Sequence record: OQ411014.1
Origin: Escherichia phage EJP2
Length of the DNA stretch: 64,000 bases
Reading direction: 5' to 3' (one strand)
A program made the position numbers and the translations under genes. Below the pieces are notes generated by a model. The model did not search any database. It was not told where the DNA came from and saw only the letters and a list, made by a program, of their open reading frames with translations. Below are positions 13,550-22,740 of the stretch, piece after piece (the first letter of the stretch is position 1; each line of letters starts with the position of its first letter).

Positions 13550-14027
13550 TGTACGTTGTAATCTTAACGCAGTAGTTTATGCTATGAACTGCGGTCAAGA
13601 CATACAGTACATTCAACTGGATGATATATCGGAATTTGAGCGAGAGAAGTTCAACACTAACTGTAAGAACTTCGGGTTATCCCAACGTATGCTGGATTAT
13701 ACTATAGAGCATGATAAGAACCATGAGCTATGGCGTTATGATCCAGTATACGACAAGATCAACTTGCTTGATTTTTTCTTAGAAAAGTGTACTACCGAAG
13801 AAGGTAGAGAACGTGTTCGATACGAAATTGGTTTGTACGAACACTACAACATGACCAAACTACTACGTTGTATGATTTGGTTAGTTGACTATATGGAAGA
13901 TAAAGAAATCTTCTGGGGATTAGGTCGTGGTAGCTCCGTTGCGAGTTATTGTCTATTCCTGTTAGGGTTGCATCTGGTGGATTCTGTGAAATATTCACTC
14001 GATGTGAACGAATTTTTGAAATGGTAA
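13509..14027 (+). CDS. DnaE-like (DNA polymerase III alpha) palm-motif fragment protein
   Basis: contains FWGLGRGSSVASYCLFLLGLHLVD...FL, matching the conserved [23 protein letters not shown] region of Pol III alpha; only 172 aa. Confidence 0.45.
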   Translation: MKVQGNRSISQDGDVRCNLNAVVYAMNCGQDIQYIQLDDISEFEREKFNTNCKNFGLSQRMLDYTIEHDKNHELWRYDPVYDKINLLDFFLEKCTTEEGRERVRYEIGLYEHYNMTKLLRCMIWLVDYMEDKEIFWGLGRGSSVASYCLFLLGLHLVDSVKYSLDVNEFLKW

Positions 14028-14044
14028 AGAAAAATGTGATATAA
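14010..14044 (+). promoter_or_regulatory. extended -10 promoter (TGTGATATAAT at 14034-14044)
   Basis: exact recurring 11-mer. Confidence 0.55.
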
Positions 14045-14076
14045 TAGATATCACATAAACAAGAAAAGGATTTTTT

Positions 14077-14454
14077 ATGGGTAAGAAACACACATCTTAT
14101 CGTGGTGTTGCCATCGATATGGAAATGTTGAAGTTCCAAAACCAAACTGCAACTGCACTAGGTAACGCTAATATGAACGCTCGCGGCGATAAAATCGGTC
14201 GTGGTGGTTCTATAATCAAAACACGCGAAGAGCTACTCGCTGAACGTGAGCGTGAAATGCAACTACCTGATATCATGCCTGAACACACCAGTCACAGTAC
14301 TGCACCTGCTATCGATGATGGTTTTGATGACAGTATGTTTGAAATTGCTGAAGTTGAACCAGTGCAAGAAGTACAAGCTGAAGAAGCTGCTGCACCTAAG
14401 AAAGCACCAGTGAAACGTGCTAAGACTAAAGAAGACACTGATAATCAGGAGTAA
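14077..14454 (+). CDS. hypothetical protein
   Basis: 125-aa ORF with AAGGA RBS; acidic, alanine-rich C-terminus. Confidence 0.55.
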   Translation: MGKKHTSYRGVAIDMEMLKFQNQTATALGNANMNARGDKIGRGGSIIKTREELLAEREREMQLPDIMPEHTSHSTAPAIDDGFDDSMFEIAEVEPVQEVQAEEAAAPKKAPVKRAKTKEDTDNQE

Positions 14455-14458
14455 TATA

Positions 14459-14779
14459 ATGGAATCTAAAGTGATGAAAGCTGGGGTTGGTAAAGTTGTT
14501 GTTACTAACCTAGACCGTGGTGAGCAAGTCTCTGAAGCTGGTATCGTTCTTCGTGACGATGACGGTACTTTACGTGGTATTCACCCACGCTGGGGTCAAG
14601 TTTATTCTGTAGGTGATGATGTTACTGACGTAAATGTCGGTGATTGGGTTCTAGTGGTACATGGTCGTTGGTCACGTACTATTGAAGTTGATGGTGTCGA
14701 ACTAAACCTCGTGGACTATCCAGAGAACGTAATGATTGCATCTCCTACTCGTCCTAAAGATCTTTTTATTGGTTACTAA
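14459..14779 (+). CDS. hypothetical protein, possibly GroES-like co-chaperonin fold
   Basis: AGIVL...G.V.SVGDDV..V.VGDWVLV pattern loosely parallels GroES; start moved to ATG 14459 with AGGAG RBS. Confidence 0.4.
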   Translation: MESKVMKAGVGKVVVTNLDRGEQVSEAGIVLRDDDGTLRGIHPRWGQVYSVGDDVTDVNVGDWVLVVHGRWSRTIEVDGVELNLVDYPENVMIASPTRPKDLFIGY

Positions 14780-14790
14780 AATGTATAATC

Positions 14791-14819
14791 GCCCAGAAAA
14801 TATTTCTGGGCTTCTTTTT
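14791..14819 (+). terminator. intrinsic terminator
   Basis: GCCCAGAAA / TTTCTGGGC 9-bp stem then CTTCTTTTT. Confidence 0.65.
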
Positions 14820-14830
14820 GAAGGTGTGTT

Positions 14831-15109
14831 ATGATATCAGAAGATGGAAAGTACTTCATATTTGAAGACGCAAAATTAGTTCCTAAGAAGGGAAAGTTCT
14901 ACTTGGAATATCCCACGAATAAACGTAAAGTGTTCGAAGTTAGCGAATCAACATTCAAAATGACTATTGTTAACGCAGCATCTGCACGGGCTTCGGGTTG
15001 GGAACTTCCTGGAGCAGCAAATAACATTGATTATCTTCTTGACCAACTAGAAATGTCAGAAGACTTATTCTCTGCGATGCTTTTTGATTACACCGAATGG
15101 AAATACTAA
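14831..15109 (+). CDS. hypothetical protein
   Basis: 92-aa ORF directly upstream of clamp-loader gene. Confidence 0.55.
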   Translation: MISEDGKYFIFEDAKLVPKKGKFYLEYPTNKRKVFEVSESTFKMTIVNAASARASGWELPGAANNIDYLLDQLEMSEDLFSAMLFDYTEWKY

Positions 15110-15123
15110 GAGGAATATAAAAT

Positions 15124-16080
15124 ATGGCTATTACCCTATGGACTGAAAAATACCGCCCACGTACTCTAGCTGATTATGTTTTCAAAAACCCAGCTTTCCG
15201 TCAGAAGATGGAAGAGTGGATTCGTACTGGTGAGATTCCTCATATTGGTTTCTTCGGTCCAGCAGGTACAGGTAAAACCTCAGCACTACAAGTTCTAATC
15301 AATGGGCTTATTGAGAATGGTTTTATCGATCCTAGCGATGTGACAGTACTGAACATGTCCGATGAAGGTATGGATGCAGTACGTGATAAAATCGACGCAG
15401 CCGCACGTCTAGCTTGCTTTGGTTCTTATCGTATCTTCGTACTAGAAGAAATGGAACAGATGCACCAGAAAGCACAGGGTTCTCTGAAGCGTATCATGGA
15501 GGATTACCATGAGAATGCTCGTTTCATCCTAACTTCTAACGAACCACACAAAATCCTAAAACCAATCCTATCTCGTGTACAATCCATTATGATTGAAAAA
15601 CACGATATGGAACAGTTCATGGAGAAAGTATGCACAGTACTACTCGCTGAAGGTGTAGAACTAGAAACTGAAGAAAGTATCAATCTTGTCCAGAAGTACA
15701 TCAAGAAAACTTTCCCTGATTTCCGTAAAACTCTAAACCTTCTACAGTGTTCCGTTGTAGACAACAAGCTAGTCCAAGTTGAAGAATCAATTGACGGTAC
15801 TGCGTCTTATCGTGATAGTATTGTTGCAGCGTTACAAGCTGGTAACATTCGTCAGATGCGTGAAGAGATTGTTCAGAACATTCCTGAAGATGAAATTGAC
15901 AGTTTCTTCTCCTTCCTGTATCGTAATGTTGATATGTTCACAACTGATGAAGTGAATGTAATGAAAATCAAGGTGAAAATCCGTGATGCAGTTGTGAAAC
16001 AAGCATCTGTATCTGACCGTGAAATGAACCTATCCGCACTCTTGTGTGAAATTGACCTAATTTGTTCTGGGGAAATGTAA
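15124..16080 (+). CDS. sliding-clamp loader subunit (AAA+; T4 gp44-like)
   Basis: EKYRP...FFGPAGTGKTS Walker A, SRV sensor region, KKTFPDFRKT matching T4 gp44 KNFPDFRKT. Confidence 0.85.
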   Translation: MAITLWTEKYRPRTLADYVFKNPAFRQKMEEWIRTGEIPHIGFFGPAGTGKTSALQVLINGLIENGFIDPSDVTVLNMSDEGMDAVRDKIDAAARLACFGSYRIFVLEEMEQMHQKAQGSLKRIMEDYHENARFILTSNEPHKILKPILSRVQSIMIEKHDMEQFMEKVCTVLLAEGVELETEESINLVQKYIKKTFPDFRKTLNLLQCSVVDNKLVQVEESIDGTASYRDSIVAALQAGNIRQMREEIVQNIPEDEIDSFFSFLYRNVDMFTTDEVNVMKIKVKIRDAVVKQASVSDREMNLSALLCEIDLICSGEM

Positions 16081-16706
16081 TGAAGAAACGTGTATGTATT
16101 TTTGATGTTGATGAAGTACTGTTAGACTGGATGGAAGGTTTACGTTCATTTGTTGAAAAACATTATGATATCCATCCAGTAGGACTACCATCTGATTTCT
16201 CGTTAGTAGAGTGGTTGGGTGTTGAGTCCAGTGATGTTCGTGATATCATCAAACATTTCAATGAACGTGCATATGAATTCGGCCTTCTTGGTCGAGTTGA
16301 AGATGATGCTTACGAGTACTTACGAGTACTACGTAAGAACTTCCCAGATGTTGGATTTATCGCTCTAACCAAGAGCGGTACTGGTGGTCATGGTAAAGTA
16401 CTGCGTCAAGTGAACTTAGAGAACCAGTACCCTGGCATCTTCGATGAAGTTCATATTGTTGAGATGTATGAATCTAAACGTACTGCTCTGCATAAGCTAC
16501 AGGTGCAGTATGATGTGCAACTCTTTGTTGATGATTACTTAGCTAACATCACGACTGCCAAGGACTTAGGTATTCGTTCTATCATGTTCGCTTCTAGCCA
16601 TAACTATCAATACAAAGATAGTACTGATTTCGAGTACATCCCGAACTGGTATCAATTACAACGCACAATTTCGTATTCCCTTTTACAAGGTAGTCACAAA
16701 AAATAA
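16080..16706 (+). CDS. HAD-superfamily 5'(3')-deoxyribonucleotidase-like protein
   Basis: N-terminal IFDVDEVLLDW (DxD nucleophile motif); ATG overlaps preceding stop. Confidence 0.55.
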   Translation: MKKRVCIFDVDEVLLDWMEGLRSFVEKHYDIHPVGLPSDFSLVEWLGVESSDVRDIIKHFNERAYEFGLLGRVEDDAYEYLRVLRKNFPDVGFIALTKSGTGGHGKVLRQVNLENQYPGIFDEVHIVEMYESKRTALHKLQVQYDVQLFVDDYLANITTAKDLGIRSIMFASSHNYQYKDSTDFEYIPNWYQLQRTISYSLLQGSHKK

Positions 16707-16747
16707 GTAGTAAATAGGTATATATAAATTACGAAAAGGATTTTATA

Positions 16748-17317
16748 ATGAGTAATACTAGTTCTTCACCAGTACAGACATTATATGATCAAGACGGTCT
16801 TCTCGACATCCTTTTGGGTGTTGAGAAGTATTTTGATGATATGGATTTGTACGCTTATAAGAATTGGATTTACGGTGAACTTGTTGAGGGGCCAATAACC
16901 TCGAAGTACTGGGTTGAAGTAACCTTTAAGTACGATCACGACACATTCCCTGATCCAATCGCTACCCAAATGTTTGAAAAACAAGGGACTAAAGTCTTTG
17001 TAAAAAATGACTTCGAAATAAAACCCATTTCTCACCCTAGAAAATTAGGTGATATGGAAACAGTAGCTGCACAGGGTGCTGGGCTAAGTTTACCTGCTGA
17101 TGAGAAAAAACCAATTATATTATATCGTTTCCAAATTCCACGCCGCATCGTGAACCCTGAAAGTTTCGATGAGTACAAACTAATGACTTCAGTATTCAAT
17201 AGTAATGACGAAGACGAAGTTGCACCAATGATGGATATGGATAGCGAAGATGACGTTGCTGAAATGGATGCACAATTCGGTGATGAACAACCACAGCAAC
17301 AACAAGGGGGTCTATAA
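16748..17317 (+). CDS. hypothetical protein with highly acidic C-terminal tail
   Basis: 189-aa ORF ending DEDEVAPMMDMDSEDDVAEMDAQFGDEQPQQQQ. Confidence 0.6.
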   Translation: MSNTSSSPVQTLYDQDGLLDILLGVEKYFDDMDLYAYKNWIYGELVEGPITSKYWVEVTFKYDHDTFPDPIATQMFEKQGTKVFVKNDFEIKPISHPRKLGDMETVAAQGAGLSLPADEKKPIILYRFQIPRRIVNPESFDEYKLMTSVFNSNDEDEVAPMMDMDSEDDVAEMDAQFGDEQPQQQQGGL

Positions 17318-17997
17318 TGTCCGAATTGAATGAACATGCACTAAGACCTTCAGTACTGAAAGATTTAGTTTACGAGATTATCAGTGTAGATGAATACACT
17401 CCTAAAGTCGGTGAAGGTAATATTGTTGTTGCTTTTCAGGTAAAAGACAACTATGATGCTGCTTATGACTTGAGTTCTTTTATTGAGAAATCACCACTAG
17501 GTGTAGTCGATACTGAAGCTAATGAAACTCCTAACGTTGATGGACGCTACATTGTTTTCGCTGAATTTGAACGTGATGGTGAGTTTCCTAAGAAGCTACT
17601 AACTCTTCTAAAGACAATTGAAAATCTATGTCCAAATCCAGGTTGGAAGTTACAACTATACGGAGTAAACGATCCAATTGATGTTGATTTTGATGTAGTG
17701 AGTACTCGTATTGATTTGACTCACCCTGAAGATTTGACTGAGTTCTTTGACCCAGCGTGTGTGAAAGCTGTAGTACTAGAGAATACAATCTGTTTAGAAA
17801 CTGCTTATGGTGACTTGCATTATACGAAAGGAAGTGCTAAAGTATCTGAGAAGTTTGTAGAAACAGTACTGAAAGAAGGTGCTTATGACCTTGATGACAC
17901 CAGACTAAGTTCTATCTTAGGTTCTGGCTATGATGTAGTGAAAGCTGGCAACCAGTACATCGTAGGACATAAAGGAAAGTATTTCATACTACGTTAA
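17317..17997 (+). CDS. hypothetical protein
   Basis: 226-aa ORF, translationally coupled to upstream gene. Confidence 0.6.
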   Translation: MSELNEHALRPSVLKDLVYEIISVDEYTPKVGEGNIVVAFQVKDNYDAAYDLSSFIEKSPLGVVDTEANETPNVDGRYIVFAEFERDGEFPKKLLTLLKTIENLCPNPGWKLQLYGVNDPIDVDFDVVSTRIDLTHPEDLTEFFDPACVKAVVLENTICLETAYGDLHYTKGSAKVSEKFVETVLKEGAYDLDDTRLSSILGSGYDVVKAGNQYIVGHKGKYFILR

Positions 17998-17999
17998 CC

Positions 18000-18797
18000 A
18001 TGCGTGTATTGAATAAACTTATTGCTTTACATGAGCGTACAAGAATTGAAACCCAATCTTCAGGTAGGGTTGGGTTGAGTAAACGTATGTTCGTAAGAAC
18101 GTACGAAATTAATAGAATTGGAAGAAATTACGACGATTGTACGCGAGACGATGTAAGTACTGAACTTATTTTAAGAACGTACCTAGCCCGTAAGGTCTTT
18201 ATAAATGAAAAGAAATTACGTGGTAAGTACTATATTGAAGAGTTTTACGAACGAGAGAACGAATTTACACTAGGATTATGGGTAATCTTTTGTAATGAAG
18301 TTTTCGGTGAGTACATGCCAGAATTACCAGTACCAACCACGTACGCAGAACTTGAGCGTATCTTTATGAGCAAAGCTATGCATATGAATTTCTCATTGCA
18401 TAAGTGCGTTAAAGATGCAGTTATTCACAACCAAATCAAAGATTCACAGTACTGTAAGAGTATGAAGGATTTTGATTTATTTTGTTCATTACCGGGCGAA
18501 CCTGGATGGACAGCATTTCAAAATGGTGCTATACTAGCTGAACCTGGTAGAACAGAACCACCGCAACGTTTGTTGCAAGCAACATTAGGGATGTACAAGC
18601 TGGAGCACTTAGGAGCACCAGAACCGTACAAACACTTTTGGAAGGAACAAGCAACACTTTCTATGAAGAAAGCTATTGCTATTATGGAAAAGCATTATAT
18701 AGTGCGATTCCGAAACGCAGCGATGTACGACTTACCGTTCATGCCAGAAAGGTTTGAACCTGTCAGTACTTTCGTCTGGAATGTAAAAAGGGCGTAA
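18000..18797 (+). CDS. hypothetical protein
   Basis: 265-aa ORF. Confidence 0.55.
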   Translation: MRVLNKLIALHERTRIETQSSGRVGLSKRMFVRTYEINRIGRNYDDCTRDDVSTELILRTYLARKVFINEKKLRGKYYIEEFYERENEFTLGLWVIFCNEVFGEYMPELPVPTTYAELERIFMSKAMHMNFSLHKCVKDAVIHNQIKDSQYCKSMKDFDLFCSLPGEPGWTAFQNGAILAEPGRTEPPQRLLQATLGMYKLEHLGAPEPYKHFWKEQATLSMKKAIAIMEKHYIVRFRNAAMYDLPFMPERFEPVSTFVWNVKRA

Positions 18798-18815
18798 ATC
18801 AAACGTCCTTTTTCT
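18787..18815 (+). terminator. intrinsic terminator
   Basis: AGGGCGT / ACGTCCT stem (one G-U) followed by TTTTTCTTT. Confidence 0.5.
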
Positions 18816-18826
18816 TTGAAAATATA

Positions 18827-18855
18827 TTGACACACCGATTAGTCTTAGATATAAT
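18827..18855 (+). promoter_or_regulatory. consensus sigma70 promoter (TTGACA-17-TATAAT)
   Basis: TTGACA 18827-18832, 17-nt spacer, TATAAT 18850-18855. Confidence 0.65.
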
Positions 18856-18887
18856 ACAAATTCCAAAACTACATAAGGATTCAAAAT

Positions 18888-19379
18888 ATGAAAATTCAAT
18901 TCTTCTACACCTCTGGTCATTCCTTTACTGCAACTAACGTAGTTTCTTATGGTGAAGCGGAAGATGATTCAGGTATCATTGTTTATAAAACTGAATCATA
19001 TCGTGGTGATATTTGTACAGTTGCAGAACACCAAGTACCTACTTTTGACCTACTGTTTGCTATCGTATCACCACAGCATGGTGAACTACCAGAAGAAGGT
19101 GAAATTCATACTACTACCATTATTCATGGTCGTGCTTCTAAATTTGATATTGCTGTAGCAGTAGCACAGATGAAAGAAATCATCGGTGAAGCACATCAAG
19201 AAGCAATCATTGAAGAAAAACGCCGTGTATTCCGTGAAGAAGAACATGCGAAATATCGTGCACGTCGCAAAGAAGCACGGCAAAAAGCTATCCAGATTCA
19301 AGACAATGAGTTTGTTCGCAGTGCGGCGGCAGCAGCTAAAATGATTGACGAAGTTATTCAATGCCAGCCTAAAAAATAA
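18888..19379 (+). CDS. hypothetical protein
   Basis: 163-aa ORF after consensus promoter; AAGGA RBS. Confidence 0.6.
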   Translation: MKIQFFYTSGHSFTATNVVSYGEAEDDSGIIVYKTESYRGDICTVAEHQVPTFDLLFAIVSPQHGELPEEGEIHTTTIIHGRASKFDIAVAVAQMKEIIGEAHQEAIIEEKRRVFREEEHAKYRARRKEARQKAIQIQDNEFVRSAAAAAKMIDEVIQCQPKK

Positions 19380-19404
19380 GTTGACTTAGTTATGTCAGTA
19401 CTGT

Positions 19405-19448
19405 AAACTAAGTTCATTCAATAGGGAGATTCTTTTGAATTTCCCTCT
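19405..19448 (+). terminator. possible terminator (weak hairpin plus T-run)
   Basis: hairpins in GACTTAGTT...AACTAAGTT and GGGA...TCCC followed by TCTTTTTTT. Confidence 0.4.
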
Positions 19449-19471
19449 TTTTTTAACTAGGAGAAAAACAA

Positions 19472-20707
19472 ATGAAAGGTAAGTATTTTTTTGTTGAAAA
19501 CGGTAAAGAAATCGAAATCCAAGAATTCAATTACGAGTACTATCGTAACTCCCTGCTGCGTAATTGGGATAAACTTAAAAACTCCAATTTTAAGTTCTAT
19601 CTGAATCTGGTAATTTCTAAAACAGTACTGTCTAATGGTGAACTCGAATTTGATGTTCGTAAACTACCATTGGATGAAATTTACTATAGCTCACGTCGTC
19701 TTCGCATCCAGAAATTGATTATGGATGACATTATGTTTGACCGTTCGTTGCGTGTTCAGGATCTTCCTTTACCTAAACTGACTCGTGAATACAATGAATG
19801 GAAGGAACAACAAGAAGCTAAAGCTAAAATGCCATTGCCTGCACCAACGGTTAACGTTCCAGTATATAAATCTGCTGAACGTGTAGAAGTTGATAAAACG
19901 GATGCTCGCATTCCTGATATTATTCAGTTCAGTACTGCATATACTGGTTTGCAGAATTTTGATATCCAGGGTAACGTACTGCAAGTACTGGACTGGATTG
20001 TGAACTACGATGTTTGTAACCGCGAGTTGGCTGTTCAATCGCAGGGTATTTCTGAAAAGAAAATCACACTATCCAGTGCTATCAATGATAATAGTAAGTA
20101 CCTTGAAAGTGTGTTCGATAAACTTCGCGTAACAATGGAAGAACTATTCCCATTGAAACCATCTTTACTGAAACGTATGTTCGGTAAGAACGATGGCCTA
20201 GAAGTGAAAGAAAAGGACATGAGTAAAGTACTGTCAACTCTTCAAAGTGCGGTGAAGTTTGATTATACTCGCTTTGAAGGTATCAAAACTCTGTTTGATG
20301 AAATCAATGCAGATATTGAAACGTTACAGAAGAACATCGATTGTGGTCAAACGGCTTGTCAGTTCCAGGTTTCAGTACTGGAAGATAAGTTCGAATGGGA
20401 ACTCGGTGCTGCTCGTTTAGAAAAGGTTGGTGTAGCTACTGATATTATGTTAGCATCACTTATCAGTACTCGTCAGGAGTTCATGGTGAACTTCAACCGT
20501 ATGAACGAAGTGCAAACCATCCTGATTCCGCTGGTGGTTGATCGTCTTCAGAGTCAAGTTGGTTCTAAGATTGATGCACAAACTGAAAAGACAATCCGTG
20601 CATTAGCATATGGTGCATCTTCTAGTCCTGCTGAAGAGGAAGAGAAAGCGAACCACATCACTATTGATGAAGAACCTAGTCGCGGTGTCGCTTTTCGTAA
20701 GCAATAA
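19472..20707 (+). CDS. hypothetical protein (411 aa)
   Basis: long ORF with GGAG RBS; predicted helical, no motif recognised. Confidence 0.6.
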   Translation: MKGKYFFVENGKEIEIQEFNYEYYRNSLLRNWDKLKNSNFKFYLNLVISKTVLSNGELEFDVRKLPLDEIYYSSRRLRIQKLIMDDIMFDRSLRVQDLPLPKLTREYNEWKEQQEAKAKMPLPAPTVNVPVYKSAERVEVDKTDARIPDIIQFSTAYTGLQNFDIQGNVLQVLDWIVNYDVCNRELAVQSQGISEKKITLSSAINDNSKYLESVFDKLRVTMEELFPLKPSLLKRMFGKNDGLEVKEKDMSKVLSTLQSAVKFDYTRFEGIKTLFDEINADIETLQKNIDCGQTACQFQVSVLEDKFEWELGAARLEKVGVATDIMLASLISTRQEFMVNFNRMNEVQTILIPLVVDRLQSQVGSKIDAQTEKTIRALAYGASSSPAEEEEKANHITIDEEPSRGVAFRKQ

Positions 20708-20725
20708 AAAAGATTCAAAAAAGAT

Positions 20726-20754
20726 GTTGACAGGGAGTATGTAGGAACCTATAA
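20726..20754 (+). promoter_or_regulatory. consensus sigma70 promoter (TTGACA-17-TATAAT)
   Basis: TTGACA 20726-20731, 17-nt spacer, TATAAT 20749-20754. Confidence 0.6.
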
Positions 20755-20804
20755 TACTCCCATACCAAACGAGATGTACTTAAACAACCCATAAGGAACA
20801 CAAA

Positions 20805-21950
20805 ATGTCCGAGAAAGAAATCAACCCAAAAGCAATCGTAAAAACAAAAGCAAAAGCAAAAGCAAAAAAAGCAGCTACTGTATCTCGTACGATTGATGAA
20901 ACTATTGATTTTGTTGATGTTGAAACCAAGAATCTTCCTGCTGCTCCAGTACTGAAAGATTCTAAAGGTGGTACTCTAGCTCTGACCATCGAGAATATCA
21001 ACACTCTAGGTACTGATGTTGGTACTGGTATTGGTAAACTCTCTGATGATATTCTTCGTCAGGTGAACGTAGCGAACGACAATACCGAATTTGGTAAGTC
21101 CGTAAGTACTATTCTGACTCTAACCCGTAAGGTTGATATTGAGTCCCTGAACGGTGAGCAGACTGGTCTTCTGGCTAAGTTCCGTAACATGTTCAAAGAT
21201 GTGAAACATCGTGTATCTGACCAGTTGACTAACAGCCACGAACAGATCCAAGAAGTTGTCGCTACTCTGGAAACTGGTATCAACCGTATGCGTGGTGAAG
21301 CTGAATGGCTGAAACAAACTTACGATGCGAACATTGTATATCTGAAAGAACTCGAAGAAGTAGTACTGAACATTCAAGAAGTACGTGAAGTTGAAGATGC
21401 GAAACTCAAAGAACTTCTCGCTGATGACAGTACTGAAATGCACATTCTTGATGCACAAAAGATGATTTCTGAAGCTCTGTCCAAGCAAGAAGATAAAGTA
21501 AACCGTCTGATTCACCTGTGTCGTCTGAACGCACCACAAATCATGGCTATGCGTGGTGTGAACATCAACACAATTGATAAGTTCGAATCTCTGAAAACTG
21601 TAGTAATTCCAGCTTGGAAATCTAAGATTGCTCAAGGTCTGATTACTGATCGTCAGCGTCGTGATAACGAACTGGGTGAAATGATGGACAACGAAACTAA
21701 CCGTCTGTTCCTTGAAAGTGCTAAACAAACCAGTACTAACATGGTAACAGCAGCTAAATCCGCACAACGAGGGGTAGTAGATATCAAAACTCTACGTGAA
21801 GTACAGAAGATTACCACACAGGGTATCAAAGAAACTATCGCAGTACAGAAAGCAGGTGAAGCAGAACGTGAAGCAGCAAAACGTGAACTAGCTAACATGC
21901 GTATCGAACTTCGTGATACTCTACGCGATATCAAAAACGAATCTCGCTAA
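20805..21950 (+). CDS. coiled-coil protein, possibly TelA-like
   Basis: 381 aa, KAKAKAK repeat at N-terminus, long helical heptad-like stretches; TelA assignment is a guess from size and composition. Confidence 0.55.
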   Translation: MSEKEINPKAIVKTKAKAKAKKAATVSRTIDETIDFVDVETKNLPAAPVLKDSKGGTLALTIENINTLGTDVGTGIGKLSDDILRQVNVANDNTEFGKSVSTILTLTRKVDIESLNGEQTGLLAKFRNMFKDVKHRVSDQLTNSHEQIQEVVATLETGINRMRGEAEWLKQTYDANIVYLKELEEVVLNIQEVREVEDAKLKELLADDSTEMHILDAQKMISEALSKQEDKVNRLIHLCRLNAPQIMAMRGVNINTIDKFESLKTVVIPAWKSKIAQGLITDRQRRDNELGEMMDNETNRLFLESAKQTSTNMVTAAKSAQRGVVDIKTLREVQKITTQGIKETIAVQKAGEAEREAAKRELANMRIELRDTLRDIKNESR

Positions 21951-21957
21951 GACATAC

Positions 21958-21985
21958 AGTGCCACTTTATGTGGCACTTTTTTTA
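21958..21985 (+). terminator. intrinsic terminator
   Basis: AGTGCCAC / GTGGCACT perfect stem then TTTTTTT. Confidence 0.7.
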
Positions 21986-22001
21986 ATTCAATGGAGGATA
22001 T

Positions 22002-22685
22002 ATGACCCGTAGAAGTGCATTAGATATTGAAACGTTATCTACTCCTGAACATTCAGGTTATAGCATTGTTGTCCCGAACTTTGCATTCGTAACCATTCCT
22101 GAAGGGGATGAAGAACTAGAGTGGATGTACGTGAAGTGTCCTATCCAGGATCAACTTGACGCTGGACTAAAACTCAGTACTCATGGTATGGATTTCTGGT
22201 ATAACCTTTGTGCTAAAGAATACCAACACGCACATAAAGAAGTACTTGATTGTAACTCTCTCAGTACTGTTCAGATTTACACGAATGCAAAATATGCAAA
22301 CACCAACACTCAGAACCTGCCGTTGTCAATTCGTCAATTCGTTTACGGTAACAGTACTGGTGAACAGTTAGAGTTTGATAATGCACCAGAAGTGTTCGGT
22401 AACGGGTGTAATTTCGATTGCTCGATTCTTCAACAAAACATCCTAACTATGTACGGCACTGGTGAACTATGGCACTACAGTTCTCCACAGAATGCCCGTA
22501 CTCTAAAGAATCGCATCAATCCTGATGAACGTGATCGTATGGATAAGTACGTCAGTACTAAATTGGAAGAGTTCTGTGCTTCTCTACCACCGGAAGTTGG
22601 CACTATGCAATTACACCATCCACTGTATGATGCAGCCCGTGAAGCACTACAGATGAAATGTTGCTTAGATATCTTGACATTCTAA
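22002..22685 (+). CDS. DEDDh 3'-5' exonuclease (DnaQ/RNase T-like; T4 DexA-like)
   Basis: Exo I motif ALDIETLS and Exo III motif HHPLYDA. Confidence 0.75.
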   Translation: MTRRSALDIETLSTPEHSGYSIVVPNFAFVTIPEGDEELEWMYVKCPIQDQLDAGLKLSTHGMDFWYNLCAKEYQHAHKEVLDCNSLSTVQIYTNAKYANTNTQNLPLSIRQFVYGNSTGEQLEFDNAPEVFGNGCNFDCSILQQNILTMYGTGELWHYSSPQNARTLKNRINPDERDRMDKYVSTKLEEFCASLPPEVGTMQLHHPLYDAAREALQMKCCLDILTF

Positions 22686-22699
22686 TATATGTACGTATA

Positions 22700-22727
22700 A
22701 TGGGTATCAACAGTGATGCCCTTTTTA
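22700..22727 (+). terminator. possible intrinsic terminator
   Basis: GGGTATCA / TGATGCCC imperfect stem followed by TTTTT. Confidence 0.45.
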
Positions 22728-22740
22728 ACAGGAGAACAAG

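Noticed and set aside
16310-16335. Short tandem duplication TACGAGTACT x2
   Set aside because: Lies in-frame inside the deoxyribonucleotidase-like CDS (encoding AYEYLRVL); too short to call a repeat element, though it contains the AGTACT motif.
17032-17337. 101-aa minus-strand ORF
   Set aside because: Antisense across the 16748..17317 and 17317..17997 junction; Cys/Ser-rich low-complexity translation.
21120-21767. 215-aa minus-strand ORF
   Set aside because: Fully antisense to the coiled-coil gene 20805..21950; an AT-rich antisense frame with no RBS context, typical of a shadow ORF.
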